This document shows, one piece after another, positions 1 through 11,212 of a DNA stretch of 64,000 nt. Made by a program: the position numbers and the translations under genes. This DNA is from Thalia democratica (taxonomy: Eukaryota): positions 53,754,001 through 53,818,000 of the forward strand of contig OZ241831.1 of NCBI GenBank assembly GCA_965202585.1. The letters run 5' to 3'. Within the stretch, counting starts at the first letter, position 1, and each line of letters opens with the position of its first letter. Below the pieces are notes generated by a model. The model was not told where the DNA came from. It saw only the letters and a list, made by a program, of their open reading frames with translations, and ran no database searches.

Positions 1-764
1 CCACTTTTTGCTTCGCAGAATAAAATTTTAAAGTCTAACAAAAGTTTATTTTTAGTTGTTTTTTGTTTGTTTTCAAAAATTTTAGCATTTATTCAAGTTT
101 TGGTTTAAAGTTTGTTATAAGAACGCCTTCAACTTTTTTAGACCACTTGGCTTTAAATTACAATTTAACAGCCTTTTTCATATACAAATACAACTTATAC
201 TTCAAATAAACAAGACATGTTTGTACTATCTCTTTATTTTTTCACAAAGCAATAAAAGTTCAGGTTTTCAAATCGGTAATTAGAAAAAAATTGAAACTAG
301 CCTATAGATGAAGGAATTCAAAGTCAGCTTAAACTTGTCACAAGAAACTGTTGTTATGAATGTCAGCTTAACGTATATTTGGCTGAAAATTTTTAGGCTA
401 CATTCTGGGTTAATACAGTTTAGGTTGTTGTTTTCTTAAAAAAAGGAATTAAACTATATTTAAAGTGTTTCCAAATAAGCTAAACCTTTTTCAAAAAGTT
501 GTGGCGAAATCCAAGTTTAAAACAATTGTAACTAAAAGCCATGAGGTCGTATATTTGGTCCCATACGCTTGTTCACTTTAAAAAGAATCGGAAAATTGTC
601 TAAATATTAAGCTTTTACCAAATTAAATTAAACTTTGTAGAAGAAGTTGACGTTACGATTGCCAACTATAAAACGTTTTAAGCTGATCATTATGAGTTCC
701 AAATTCTTAGGATATTACAGTGTAAATTGATATTTTTTTGAGAAAAACCAAAAATTAACTAATA

Positions 765-990
765 AAACTACAACTAGCACATCACAGTAGACTGCAACAC
801 TTCAACTAGAACATCACATTAGGTAAAAACACTATAATTAGCACATCACAGTAAATCACAACACTACAACTAGCACATCACAATAGGTAAAAAAACTACA
901 ACTAGCACATCACAGTAGATTGTAACACTACAACTATCACTTCACAGTATATTGCAACATTACAACGATAACTTTATAGTAGATTGCAAG
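765..990. repeat. ~32-bp minisatellite, about 7 diverged copies
   Basis: Unit ACACTACAACTAGCACATCACAGTAGATTGCA recurs in tandem with substitutions. Confidence 0.85.
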
Positions 991-3221
991 GGAACCGCTC
1001 AGGGTTAGGAGTAACCTGAGTTTTTAAAAAGTCTCTAAAACAGGTTTAACCTAGCCTATTTGTTTTGCAACCCTGTTTAAAATAAAGATCACGAAATAAA
1101 GAAATAACAAAGTTTATTAACAATGAATAATGTATATAGAACAAAAATTATTATAGGTCAGTTTGAACGGACTATTAAATTTATAAGACATTTAAAATAA
1201 AAGTATAAAAGTTTAATGAGCTATTAATGAAGAAGAAAAACTTCTTATTTTTTTTGAGCATTATAGCAATTCTGTATCTGAAAAAAAAATTACATTTTAA
1301 AAGATTAAATGTGAAATACAAGACGAGCTATAAGATTAAAAAACGTTAGTTAGGAGTAATTGTAAGAAACAAAAAAAAAACGAATCGCTAAAGTCAGTAC
1401 CAACAAAGCACATGATCGATCACTTTGAGTAACTACAGGCTGATCGAAAGAAATTCTTAAGGCAAATTTAATTACAAAAAGAAGATTCCGTATGTAATTT
1501 AAAACTTATTTTAATAATTTGTGTTGGCATAATAAAAGATGTTTGTCTATAACTTCAAGACAACAAGAAGTCGAATTTAGGAAATGGCTGAAGATCATAA
1601 AGCCGCATGAATCAAATTATGACTTTAATCAATCTATTAAGATGTGAGCACTGATACAAAAAATATTGCTTACCTGAGAATTTTTATTAGAGGTGTATTT
1701 ACTAACTTTGAAATTTTAGAATAATTATAGGTTTAGTTTTAATGCAAAGCACAACAATAAGTAAATATCTCCTAAATGCAAATGTGCAATGCACCAATAT
1801 AAAGTTTTTGAAATTACAAATTTTCTTATCCTATTTTTAGTATAAAACTAATTTAAAGGTAAAAAAGACTTTCATAAACAACATATCAAAATTAAAAAGA
1901 TGAAATTAAAAATTAATAAGCTTCTTAGAATTTGTATTTTTTAAAAATATTTATATGGTATGTATTTTGTTTCAAATAAAAATTTCACAACTTTACATGT
2001 AAAAATTGTTTGAAATTCTAGGATTTTCAAAGTTCTCAAATTCAAGCTTTTTCCTGATTTTTTAAGCATAAATTGTCAATTTCCAAGATTTACCGGGACT
2101 CAAGTTTTTTGACCACACTAATTGTTTACACTTATATGTATACAATAATATAAAAAATATTTTAAATTACATCGGCTGCAAGACTTAAAATTTAAAATGT
2201 ATTATAATTCAAATCCATACTGTGAATGGAACAAAACATACATAACTAATTTATTTTGCCACTCTTTAAAGCAAAAAAGTCAGCCTGAGTGACAAAAATC
2301 AAGCCTTACATTTTCGTTTACAAAAATCAATTCAAGTCAAAAACTTGAAAATGACTAAATTTGCCTGAGATTTGAAGGCTTCAAATAGTCATTTTTGAGT
2401 GTGTGGCATTGTTTAGATGTTTTTTTTTTGCTTAAATTTGAACTATTTTCAAAAACAATACACAAAATTAATTAATTCACTATACTTCAATTTATTTTGT
2501 TTTAAATAGGTAGTTCGAAAGAACAACAATTGTGTATGCAACGCAAGAAAATTGACTTAATTTGTCAAAAATAAACTGTTTGAAAAATTAAAATGTTTAC
2601 CTAATAAAAAGTAATTGAACTTATGTCATATACATGATTGTTTTAAATGTATCTGTACACACTTAGATATTACCTGTAGAAACGATAACGTTATAAAATT
2701 AGGCATAACCTAAACTTAATCTAACTAAAGTATTAAAAAAGAAGTGGTTTAAAAAATGAGCCTTTTTGTACATTGGTGTGAAAAGAAAACTACTAAAAAA
2801 TCAAATTATATCAAAATCAAAATAAAATGAAACTTATTTCTCATAATTATGTTATTTTAATTGTTTTTGTGTACACTCAAATATAACATTTAGTAATATA
2901 ACAACTATAAAAAAAACTTATCTATAAAAAGCATTTAAAAAGAATAGCTAAACTGAAATTAAATAAATTTGAGTTAATTTTGATAATTTGAGTTAATTTA
3001 ATGTGTATTACTTTTGTACAAAATAGAAAAATTTGCATTTAGTTTTTTTACTAAATAAGTATTATATAACTAACTTACTAAATTCAAGCACTCTTTACAT
3101 CTTTTTTTCAAATAACTGCTTACTGATGTAAGAAGAAAGTTGTTATATAACTGAGAAAAAATACTGTTAGAATAAAATTAAACCAAACTACAGAGAAAAA
3201 TTAAACTTTAATTTTTTTTTC

Positions 3222-3347
3222 TCAGCGGGCCACATTTACATGCTCGCGGACCACAAAATTTTCTTTCGTGGGCCGCATTGCATTCAAACAAAAAATGTGC
3301 TCGCAGGCCGAATATTTACCCTCTGCGGGCCGCACTTTGCCCCCTTG
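3222..3347. mobile_element. Terminal fragment of a hAT (Charlie-like) DNA transposon
   Basis: GC-rich island with repeated GCGGGCCGCA-type subterminal motifs ending ...GGGCCGCACTTTGCCCCCTTG. No partner end found. Confidence 0.5.
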
Positions 3348-4388
3348 GTTAAAAGCATAAATGTTTTTTATTGATTATGAAATTAACTAAAAAATAGTTT
3401 TTTGATTTTGATTAAAAATAAAAATAAAAACTTTACTAAAATATTCTTGATTATTTAATTTAAAATATTCTATTTTATGTTAAAACTTTCATTTTAAATT
3501 ATTTAAGTACTTTACTTAATTAATTCAGTGTATTATAATGAGTCAAATTTTATTTCTACAGTAACCGTTAAAAAATTATAGGTTATAGATATTTAAAATT
3601 TGGTTTATTTGTATATATTATTGAAGTGTTAGAAACTTAGAAAAAAAGGACCCTTTAAAACACAGCAGAAAAAGAAAATTAATAAATATATAAATAAATA
3701 TGTATATACACATACATATTGGTTAGAGTTAAAGTTTATTAAACCTCCGTTAGAGTTACAATTAAAATAAAACATTTCTTTCTAATGGACAATTTTTAAG
3801 AATTCAAACCACAATCCAATGGATTTTTTTAAATTAAAGGCAAAGGAGCACTCTCTATGAAAGAAAAATATTAGACAGCTTTAAGGATAAGGAACATAAT
3901 TTTATCTAAAGTTTATACGTTTTTAAATAAGTGCAAAAAATGCTAATAGTGCTAAGCTAACGCTCGTACAAGGTGTTGTACTCAAATAGACGTTAGTATT
4001 GCTGTATGCATTAACAAAAGTTTTAAAGATTTCTTTTTTTTTCACTAAAAAAGAAAAATAAAAAAAAAGTATGTTCCTTTTAGATATTTCACTCTATAAT
4101 AGCTACTTGTGGTTAAAATTAGTTTGTTATAAGTGGTAACTAGCGAATTTGTTTTTAAGTACTCCGAATACAATTAAAGTTTGAAAGTTATGCCTTCAAT
4201 TTTAGATAAACGCTGTATTTTTTAATTTTGTAGCATCATGCCGAAGATTTAAACAATCAGTGGATAAGTAAAAAATCAAAGAAGTATCTTATACTTAAAT
4301 GATTCTTGAATGTATTTTGACATAAAACGTACGAATAGACTTGTATAGCTTCATTGAATGTAAAATTACTAAGGTATTTTTTGTGCAG

Positions 4389-4620
4389 TTTTTTAAAGAA
4401 AACTTGTAGCTACTCTCGGTCGTAAAATGAGACAAGATTACAAGGACCCTAGAAGCGTGTTGGAACGTGCTGTTTTTTTCATGAGAAATAACAAAAGCGG
4501 TTTTCTCATATGTTGAAATGAATAATTTTTCATGGTTCTGTTTGCATGTTAAATAAACCGTTTGTTTATGCTTTACTGGACTTAACTGCATGTAAAATTT
4601 AAGACAGAACCGCAAATGAA
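4389..4620 (+). pseudogene. Frameshifted last-exon remnant of a UDP-glucuronosyltransferase (UGT)
   Basis: After the acceptor TTTTTGTGCAG the frames read FKEN / VATLGRKMRQDYKDPRSVLERAVFFMRNNKSGFL / YVEMNNFSWFCL. This resembles the UGT C-terminus (YKENAMRLS..RDQP.SPLDRAVFWIEYVMRHKGA.HLR...L.W). Frameshifts and stops are present, and no upstream UGT exons were recognised. Confidence 0.55.
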
Positions 4621-5946
4621 TTAAATTTTTTTTTAATCGTATATTTCGAATAATCAATCTATAAATATTTATTTATTCGTACTGGTTTATCTTCTTGCAA
4701 TTTTTAGATCCATTTAAAGTTTACCCTTAAAGCTTTGTATTGAAAAGGTATAGATTGTTACTTATTTATTAAAACCTTTGTTATGATGTTTTGTTCGATA
4801 TAACGATTGAAACTTTAAAATCTGAATGTTTTAAACATAAAAAATATACTCTTTTGTTGATTTTATATAAAAAATGGTATCTTTTTAAAATTTTATATAG
4901 GTGCAGTATCAGTAAAAGTTATCTAAATTATTTAAAGAAAATCAATCTTAAGTTCATTTTAATTTATTTATAAACACATGTTATTTTTAGTTGAAGTATA
5001 TTTTTATTTAAAGAATCTTAAAAACAATTTAGTATTGTTTTATAAAAACACTTGTGTATCAAATCTGTTACTGTACAAACATAATTTAAATTATTGTAAA
5101 CTAAACTTTCAATAATAGTGAGCAAACATTTAAAAATTCGTAAGTTATTTTCAAAACCGTTAATAAAAATTAGAGTTCTATACATTTTTAAAATTATTTA
5201 ATCTATTACTTTTATATGCTTAATATTATACAAAATTTATATACAGCTGATTAAGAACAGCGTCAAAATTATTTACCATACAGTTGAATACAGACTTAAT
5301 CTGGTTATATCTAATCATTTACGCGCGGAATATATTTGCAACAGCTAGATAGCTACCACTAATTTTTATACGTTACGTCACAACACGCTTTACAAAGCAA
5401 CTTGTTATAAAAGCTTAAAAAAAAGTAAGCTTAAATTGGCATAAATATTAAAGCTCGATTTTGAAAGAAGTTTAATTTAAAAATTTTTGTTTAAAGTGAA
5501 TTTTATCTGTTTTTTCAGTATATCCATCTTATCTTCATAAAAAATTTAAACTTTTAAAAATGATATACAAGTGTTTATGTTTATGGTTTTTAAACGTAGC
5601 AATTATTTTTTAAGTCTAAAACTCAAAGTTTAAACTTTATTACTGCGCCTTTGTGTATGCAGTTTTACTTCATGTTGATTTAACATTTGTAGTATTTGTT
5701 TTCTTTTAAATTTTTATCTGTAAAGTTGAAAGTTTTTTTTCTAAGTTTGTTTTAAACTCATAGAAATAATGTTTAAAGCCAGTGGCGTGTTTTAACTTGA
5801 TTCCTGTTTACTGTGCAATCCCTGAAAAAATAGAATTATAAGGAAAAAAATAGCTCAGAATCTTCAATAAAAATATTTCGCAAAAATAAGAGCGTAGACT
5901 ATAGTCTCACAACAAGCTGACAATGTCTGAGACGTTGGGCTGAGAA

Positions 5947-6035
5947 TAGTGATGTACCGGACTCACTATCCGGATCCGGTTCCGGCCGGATTCTAATTTG
6001 AAAAAAAGTCCGGATCCGGGTCCGGTACATCACTA
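5947..6035. mobile_element. 89-bp Ac-like hAT MITE
   Basis: 16-bp perfect TIR TAGTGATGTACCGGAC...GTCCGGTACATCACTA, internal CCGGATCCGG repeats, and an 8-bp TSD with one mismatch (GCTGAGAA / GCTGTGAA). Confidence 0.85.
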
Positions 6036-6140
6036 GCTGTGAATGATTTAGCTGTGTCATTTTTTCAACTTTACCCACAAACTGTCGCTTTAGTACTTTA
6101 TGCTTAAGCCCGCTCGTTTAAGATCACAATACCGGTTTCT

Positions 6141-6200
6141 CGCGACTAGTCCTACCTGATGGGTCCTAATAAGGACGAAACCGGTCGTAGGATTGTCTCG
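6141..6200 (+). ncRNA. Minimal type I hammerhead ribozyme
   Basis: Stem I TCCTAC/GTAGGA (extendable). Core CTGATGG at 6156-6162. Stem II GTCC-TAATAA-GGAC. GAAA at 6177-6180. Very short palindromic stem III CCGG. GUC cleavage triplet, cut after 6186. Position 9 is G instead of the canonical A. Confidence 0.8.
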
Positions 6201-6559
6201 GATGCTCTTGTTGATGTTGATCTTGCGGTAAAGTTCATTGATTATTATAACTCTAACTGAAAGCTTTACAAAACTTAATAGATTTAATTGTGCATTTAAG
6301 CTAAACTTTTTACTAATTTTTTACCATAATGACGTAGTTTTTCAAGTTTTTATTGTATAAAAATGTTATAATAAATTTAAGTTCAGCTACCTAAAAATAA
6401 TTTTCCCAATTTTTTTCGTCTTTCTTTTCTAAAAATAGATCGTTTGAAGAACACTCACAAAAGTCATCAACAAAATTCAGTTGATCAGGAGATTGAGAGA
6501 GAAATTAAGTTTTTGTTGCTGAGTAAAAAAGTATCTGCTTAAAAAGTTAAAAAAGCTAA

Positions 6560-6760
6560 AGTCCTGTCTTGCAAGAAATCAAACAAGCAAAAAATACACA
6601 AAGCTTGCTAGATTTGCAAGAAGGTATCTTTTGGCACCACCATCTTCTGATCAATCTGAAAGGTTATTTTCTAAAGCTGGTAACTTGTACGAACAAAAGT
6701 GAAATCGATTGCTTCCAAAATCTGGCGTAAAATTTTTATATATTCATTTGAAAATAAGAT
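6560..6760 (+). mobile_element. hAT (Ac/ZBED-like) transposase C-terminal dimerisation domain remnant
   Basis: From 6601 the frame reads KLARFARRYLLAPPSSDQSERLFSKAGNLYEQK*NRLLPKSGVKFLYIH, with the hAT SxxSERxFS motif and an in-frame stop. CCGTATCCGG at 6761 resembles the MITE subterminal motif. Confidence 0.85.
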
Positions 6761-7270
6761 CCGTATCCGGTAGACTACTAGTAACTAATGCGTTGTTGTT
6801 ATCACTAGTATATTTTAAACAGAAAATATTCTTTAAAAAGTTTTTGTATTTTTATATCTTTTTAGACATTAAGACAAAGTATCATATACTGATTAATTGA
6901 AAAAAACAATTATTCAAAAGCAAGCTCATTAAAAAATCCAGAATTTACACAGTTTTTCTGCGAACGGGTACCTAACTGCGATCTACACTAAAAAATTGAT
7001 AATATGACATACTATGAAAATATTAGAATAAACAAAAAATCTTTTTGTAAAATAACTCGATGTTTTCGAAATTTATAGTATAAAAGTGTTTATAGAAGTA
7101 TTTAAGTTTTTTAATGCTACTTTGGTTCTTATATAAGTTTTGTTTTATTCAAAGTTATTTTTTTTAATATTGAAATTAATAAAATAAACTATATTTGAAA
7201 ACAAAAAGACACTTATCAGCTGCATTGCCAGAATTGAAAAGAAAGTACTAAATAATTAATAAACGTTGTT

Positions 7271-7745
7271 TTATTATTATTATTATTATTATTATTAAGT
7301 TTATTTTCCAACGAAGGACCTAGGCATTAAAACCTAAGCCACTTAAACCGAAAGACACTAACATAAAAAGAAAAAACAAATTACAGTGATTAAATAAACA
7401 TAAACATAAAACTTATACAAAGCACAAACCGAATAAATTAAAACTTTCACAACCAAATATTTAACGATTCCATAGTCACCAATCTCCAATTATACGTTCC
7501 AAAGCAACAAATTCCTATAACAAGTATTTCTGTCAAATCTTCAGAACCTGTCTTCATCTTGCAGATCTCAGCTACTATTTGCCACTCGTTATGACGGCAA
7601 ATTCAGTCAAAATTCACTTCAAAATTGTGGCAGCAACAGTTCACAAATCTAGCTCAGGAATCAACTGAGTATCCAATAATTTCAAAATCTATAGCCCAAA
7701 GCACATTAACAATAGCCCTTCCAAAAATCAAAGTTGAAAAGTACC
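7271..7745 (-). mobile_element. Probable decayed 3' end of a LINE (CR1/L2-like) with a (TAA)n tail
   Basis: (TTA)9 at 7271-7297 is next to a less AT-rich block whose minus strand reads ..FDRNTCYRNLLLWNV.., reminiscent of L2-type RT C-termini. Homology is weak. Confidence 0.35.
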
Positions 7746-8084
7746 TAAAATCTATAAGGGGAAAATTTTAATAGCACATATTTTAAATTTTACATTTACT
7801 CTTAAGTTGATAGTGAAAAACAAAAAAAAATGTCTTTGAAAGTTTTCTGAGAAACATTTTCGGAAATGGCTATAGCTTTTTATATATTTCTTTAAAAATG
7901 GCTTCATGATAAATTGCATGGGAAACCCTGCTTTTAAGTAATCTGAACAAAGAATGCATATAAACTACTTTTATAAAAGTTTTAATAGAAAGTTTTAAAG
8001 TTTAAAAATATAAAAAAAAGTGTTTAACATTATTAAACAAAATACATTAATTGAAATATAAACAGCTTTTTTCCGGTGCATAAC

Positions 8085-9165
8085 CTAATTAAAAAGTATT
8101 ACAAAACACATTTCATTTTTTTATAGATTTATTTGAGTACTTTAGTAGTAAAGCTTGTCAAAATTTATATCTTGCTAAATTAAACTGAATTGAAATTGAA
8201 ATAAAATTATTCTGTAGTTTAAAGTTCTAAAATATAAAACGACGTAATAATCAAATGTAAAAACTTACTAAATGCTTATACTTTAGAACTTTGATGTACC
8301 AATAAAACTCGTTAGATTAAAATAAAACTTAAATAAGCCGGCGATATAACTAAAACTTCATTAAAAAATATTAACAAGAAAATAATTACTTAAAAATTAC
8401 TTAATATGAGGATTTAAAAAGTCTAGTTTTGTATACGAACTTTTTCTGCTCACATATACCGTACCTTAAACCTTGAATGCATACGCCTTCTAGAAAGTGT
8501 GGCTGAAAAGAGTTTTCCGCTCTCACTAAAACTAAAAAGTTCTCCTTTTTATAATTTATAGCACACTCAGGATTGTCCTACAAACTTTGCCCGATCGCCG
8601 AGCAGTATTTTTTCGTGTGTTTCTCCGAACGACCATCAAGCCAAGTTTTCAAAATTTTTTGATCATAATGATCGATTCTTACGTGAGACCTTTGATATCG
8701 CGGAAAACGTGGGTAAAACATCTCAAAGGAATTCTTCGCGTATGAATCGATCAACATGTTCCGAAAATGTTGAATAGCTTATTTGATGGTCGTTCGGATA
8801 AAGCTACGGAAAATATTTCTCGGGAATTGGCAACATTTGTTGGACAATCCTGAATGTGCTAATATGTTTTAATTTTTATTAAGTGTAGTTATGTTTTTAT
8901 TTTTATCCAAGGTTGATTTTAGTTTTATTTTAGTCTAACGAGTTTTATTAGTACAGCAAAGTTATACAAAATAAGTATTTAGTAAGTTTTAACATTCGAT
9001 CATTACGTCATTTTATATTTAAAAATTTTAAACTACAGTAAAATTCTATTTCAATTTCAATTCTGTTTATCTTAGTAAGATACAATTTTTGACAAGCCTT
9101 ACAACGAAAGTACTCAAATAAATTTAAGTAAAAGTGAAATGTGTTTTGTTATACTTTTTTAAACA
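8085..9165. mobile_element. ~1.1-kb fold-back (long inverted repeat) element with an inner palindromic core at 8561-8859
   Basis: 8085-8350 is the reverse complement of ~8890-9165. The inner arms start TAGCACACTCAGGATTGTCCTACAAA and end TTTGTTGGACAATCCTGAATGTGCTA, with TA on both flanks. Confidence 0.8.
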
Positions 9166-11212
9166 ATTAGAATATATTATTTAACTAACAATATTTATCT
9201 TAACGAAATACAGGATTAAAGTTTTACTTAAAAAAACTTAGTTGTAATGTTCAAAATGTAAAGTTTAAACCTACACGAAGGTTAAAAAAGCAGATTTAAG
9301 ATGTCAGTTAGCAGTTGTAGATCCTTGAACAAGATGCTTAAAAGCTAGAAATTTATACAAGACTGCAATTGAAATCAATTAGGGTTGAACGTGTTTTTGT
9401 TAGAGTTTATGGTCAAGAATTGTTGTTCACAAACTTTTTTTTTGTTTGTTGACCAGAACAAGTAGTTTTTTATGGTAATCTCTTTCAAATGGACTAATTT
9501 TTATAAATTATATATTGCATAAAACTTGTAGATTCTTCTAGTATTGCCTTTTATTAATTACTTTATTTAATGTTAAAGTATTGCATTTTGAAAACAAAAA
9601 GTTGTCAATTATTTCTTTTAAAGTATACTTTATTTCCGTTTTTAAATATTGGTAAATAAAAAAATCATTACTTATTCGAGATATTGTTTTAATATTTATT
9701 ATTTTATTTAACTTGTCGAGTGTCTAAGTGCTACGAATGTCATCGATATAGTAAATTGACAAACGAAGGTATGAAAATTATCAGTTTTGAATAAACATAT
9801 TGCTTAAGTTAGTTTGAGATAGGATACTCCATCTTAGTTAGGTAAGCCAAAAATTGCACAAAATTGTTTTTTATTAATACAAAAATAAAATTAAATCATG
9901 TTTAAACCTATTAAAAGCGTCAAACTTTTACATTTTATTTTTCGAAATTCTTGATACAAAATTTTATACAATTTTTTTAATTTAAAGGGCTTGATTCAAA
10001 AAAAAAATATTTTAGGAGCTGACCATTTAATTCGCGAAAGTTCATTTTTATCCACGGGCTGGATTACATTAAAACTCTATCAAAATAATTGGTTGGTCAC
10101 TTTCACTTTTAAGACCGTATGCTGCCCACCGCTATTTTAAACTACTATAAACTAAACTATCATAAAATTTTTCATTCACTTACAATTGTTCTGTTGTTTT
10201 GTAAAATGTAAATCAAAAAGTTGATCAATTTGTTTTAAACGGAAAAAGTTATAACTATTTTATTCCGAACATCAGACTAAAGCTATCAATAGACTGACGC
10301 CGTAGCTTTTTTCTCATTGAAGTTAGTAATAAATAGTAAATAAATAAAACGGTAGTCGTTAAAAAAGTAATATCTTATCGTGAACATTGAACATACATTA
10401 GTGTGAGTATCTAAATTAGTTTTTCAGAAAACTCTTGCAAGAAAAAAATGATTAATTTCATCTGACACACTTTGAGTGTAATGAGATCGAAAAGAAAACA
10501 TCAGTGAAAGTCATCAGAGCTAAAGCCTGGTTTCAATATGTTTACCTTTGTATAAAATATATTTACTTACAAGCCTGAACCTCTGAAAGTTTCCTGGAAA
10601 CGTACATAGATAGAAAACAAATAAAAAAAGTTATTCTACTCGTAATTAAATGTTATTCACTCTAAAGGGAGTTGACTATTTACAATTTATTTTCCGAAAC
10701 TCATACTAAAACGTTTAGTTAACAAAACTTTTTTAAACTATAGAAAACTAACTAAACTTATCTTTACACTACAGTAAACTTAAATACTTAGCTTAAGAAT
10801 TAAACTGAATAATTTTATTTTTTAAAAGACTACAGTAATATTTTCTGATGTTTATTTTACTATATATAACACGAGTAATTTTTGAGTTGAAAAGATACTA
10901 ACTAAAATTTGACTTAAGGCAGATGATATTAAAAAAATACTAAATAATTTAAAATTTTAATTTTTAAAACAAGAATCATTTGAAGTATATAAGAGAACAT
11001 TAAGAAACTACAGCAATCTTTAACACTTAATTTTAAACAGTCATAAAACACTTCTAGCTGTTTTAGTTGACATTTTGATGTTGTAAGTTTTTATTTTTTG
11101 GAATAAACTAAAGAAAGGAAAATCAGTTAAGAACTACATTAAAATAATTTAATAAAATCTAATTATTTAACATAATTCAATATAAAAAAGGATAGAATAC
11201 TTTTTATCTATA

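Noticed and set aside
4295-4657. 120-aa minus-strand ORF
   Set aside because: No recognisable motif. It is the antisense shadow of the plus-strand UGT remnant.
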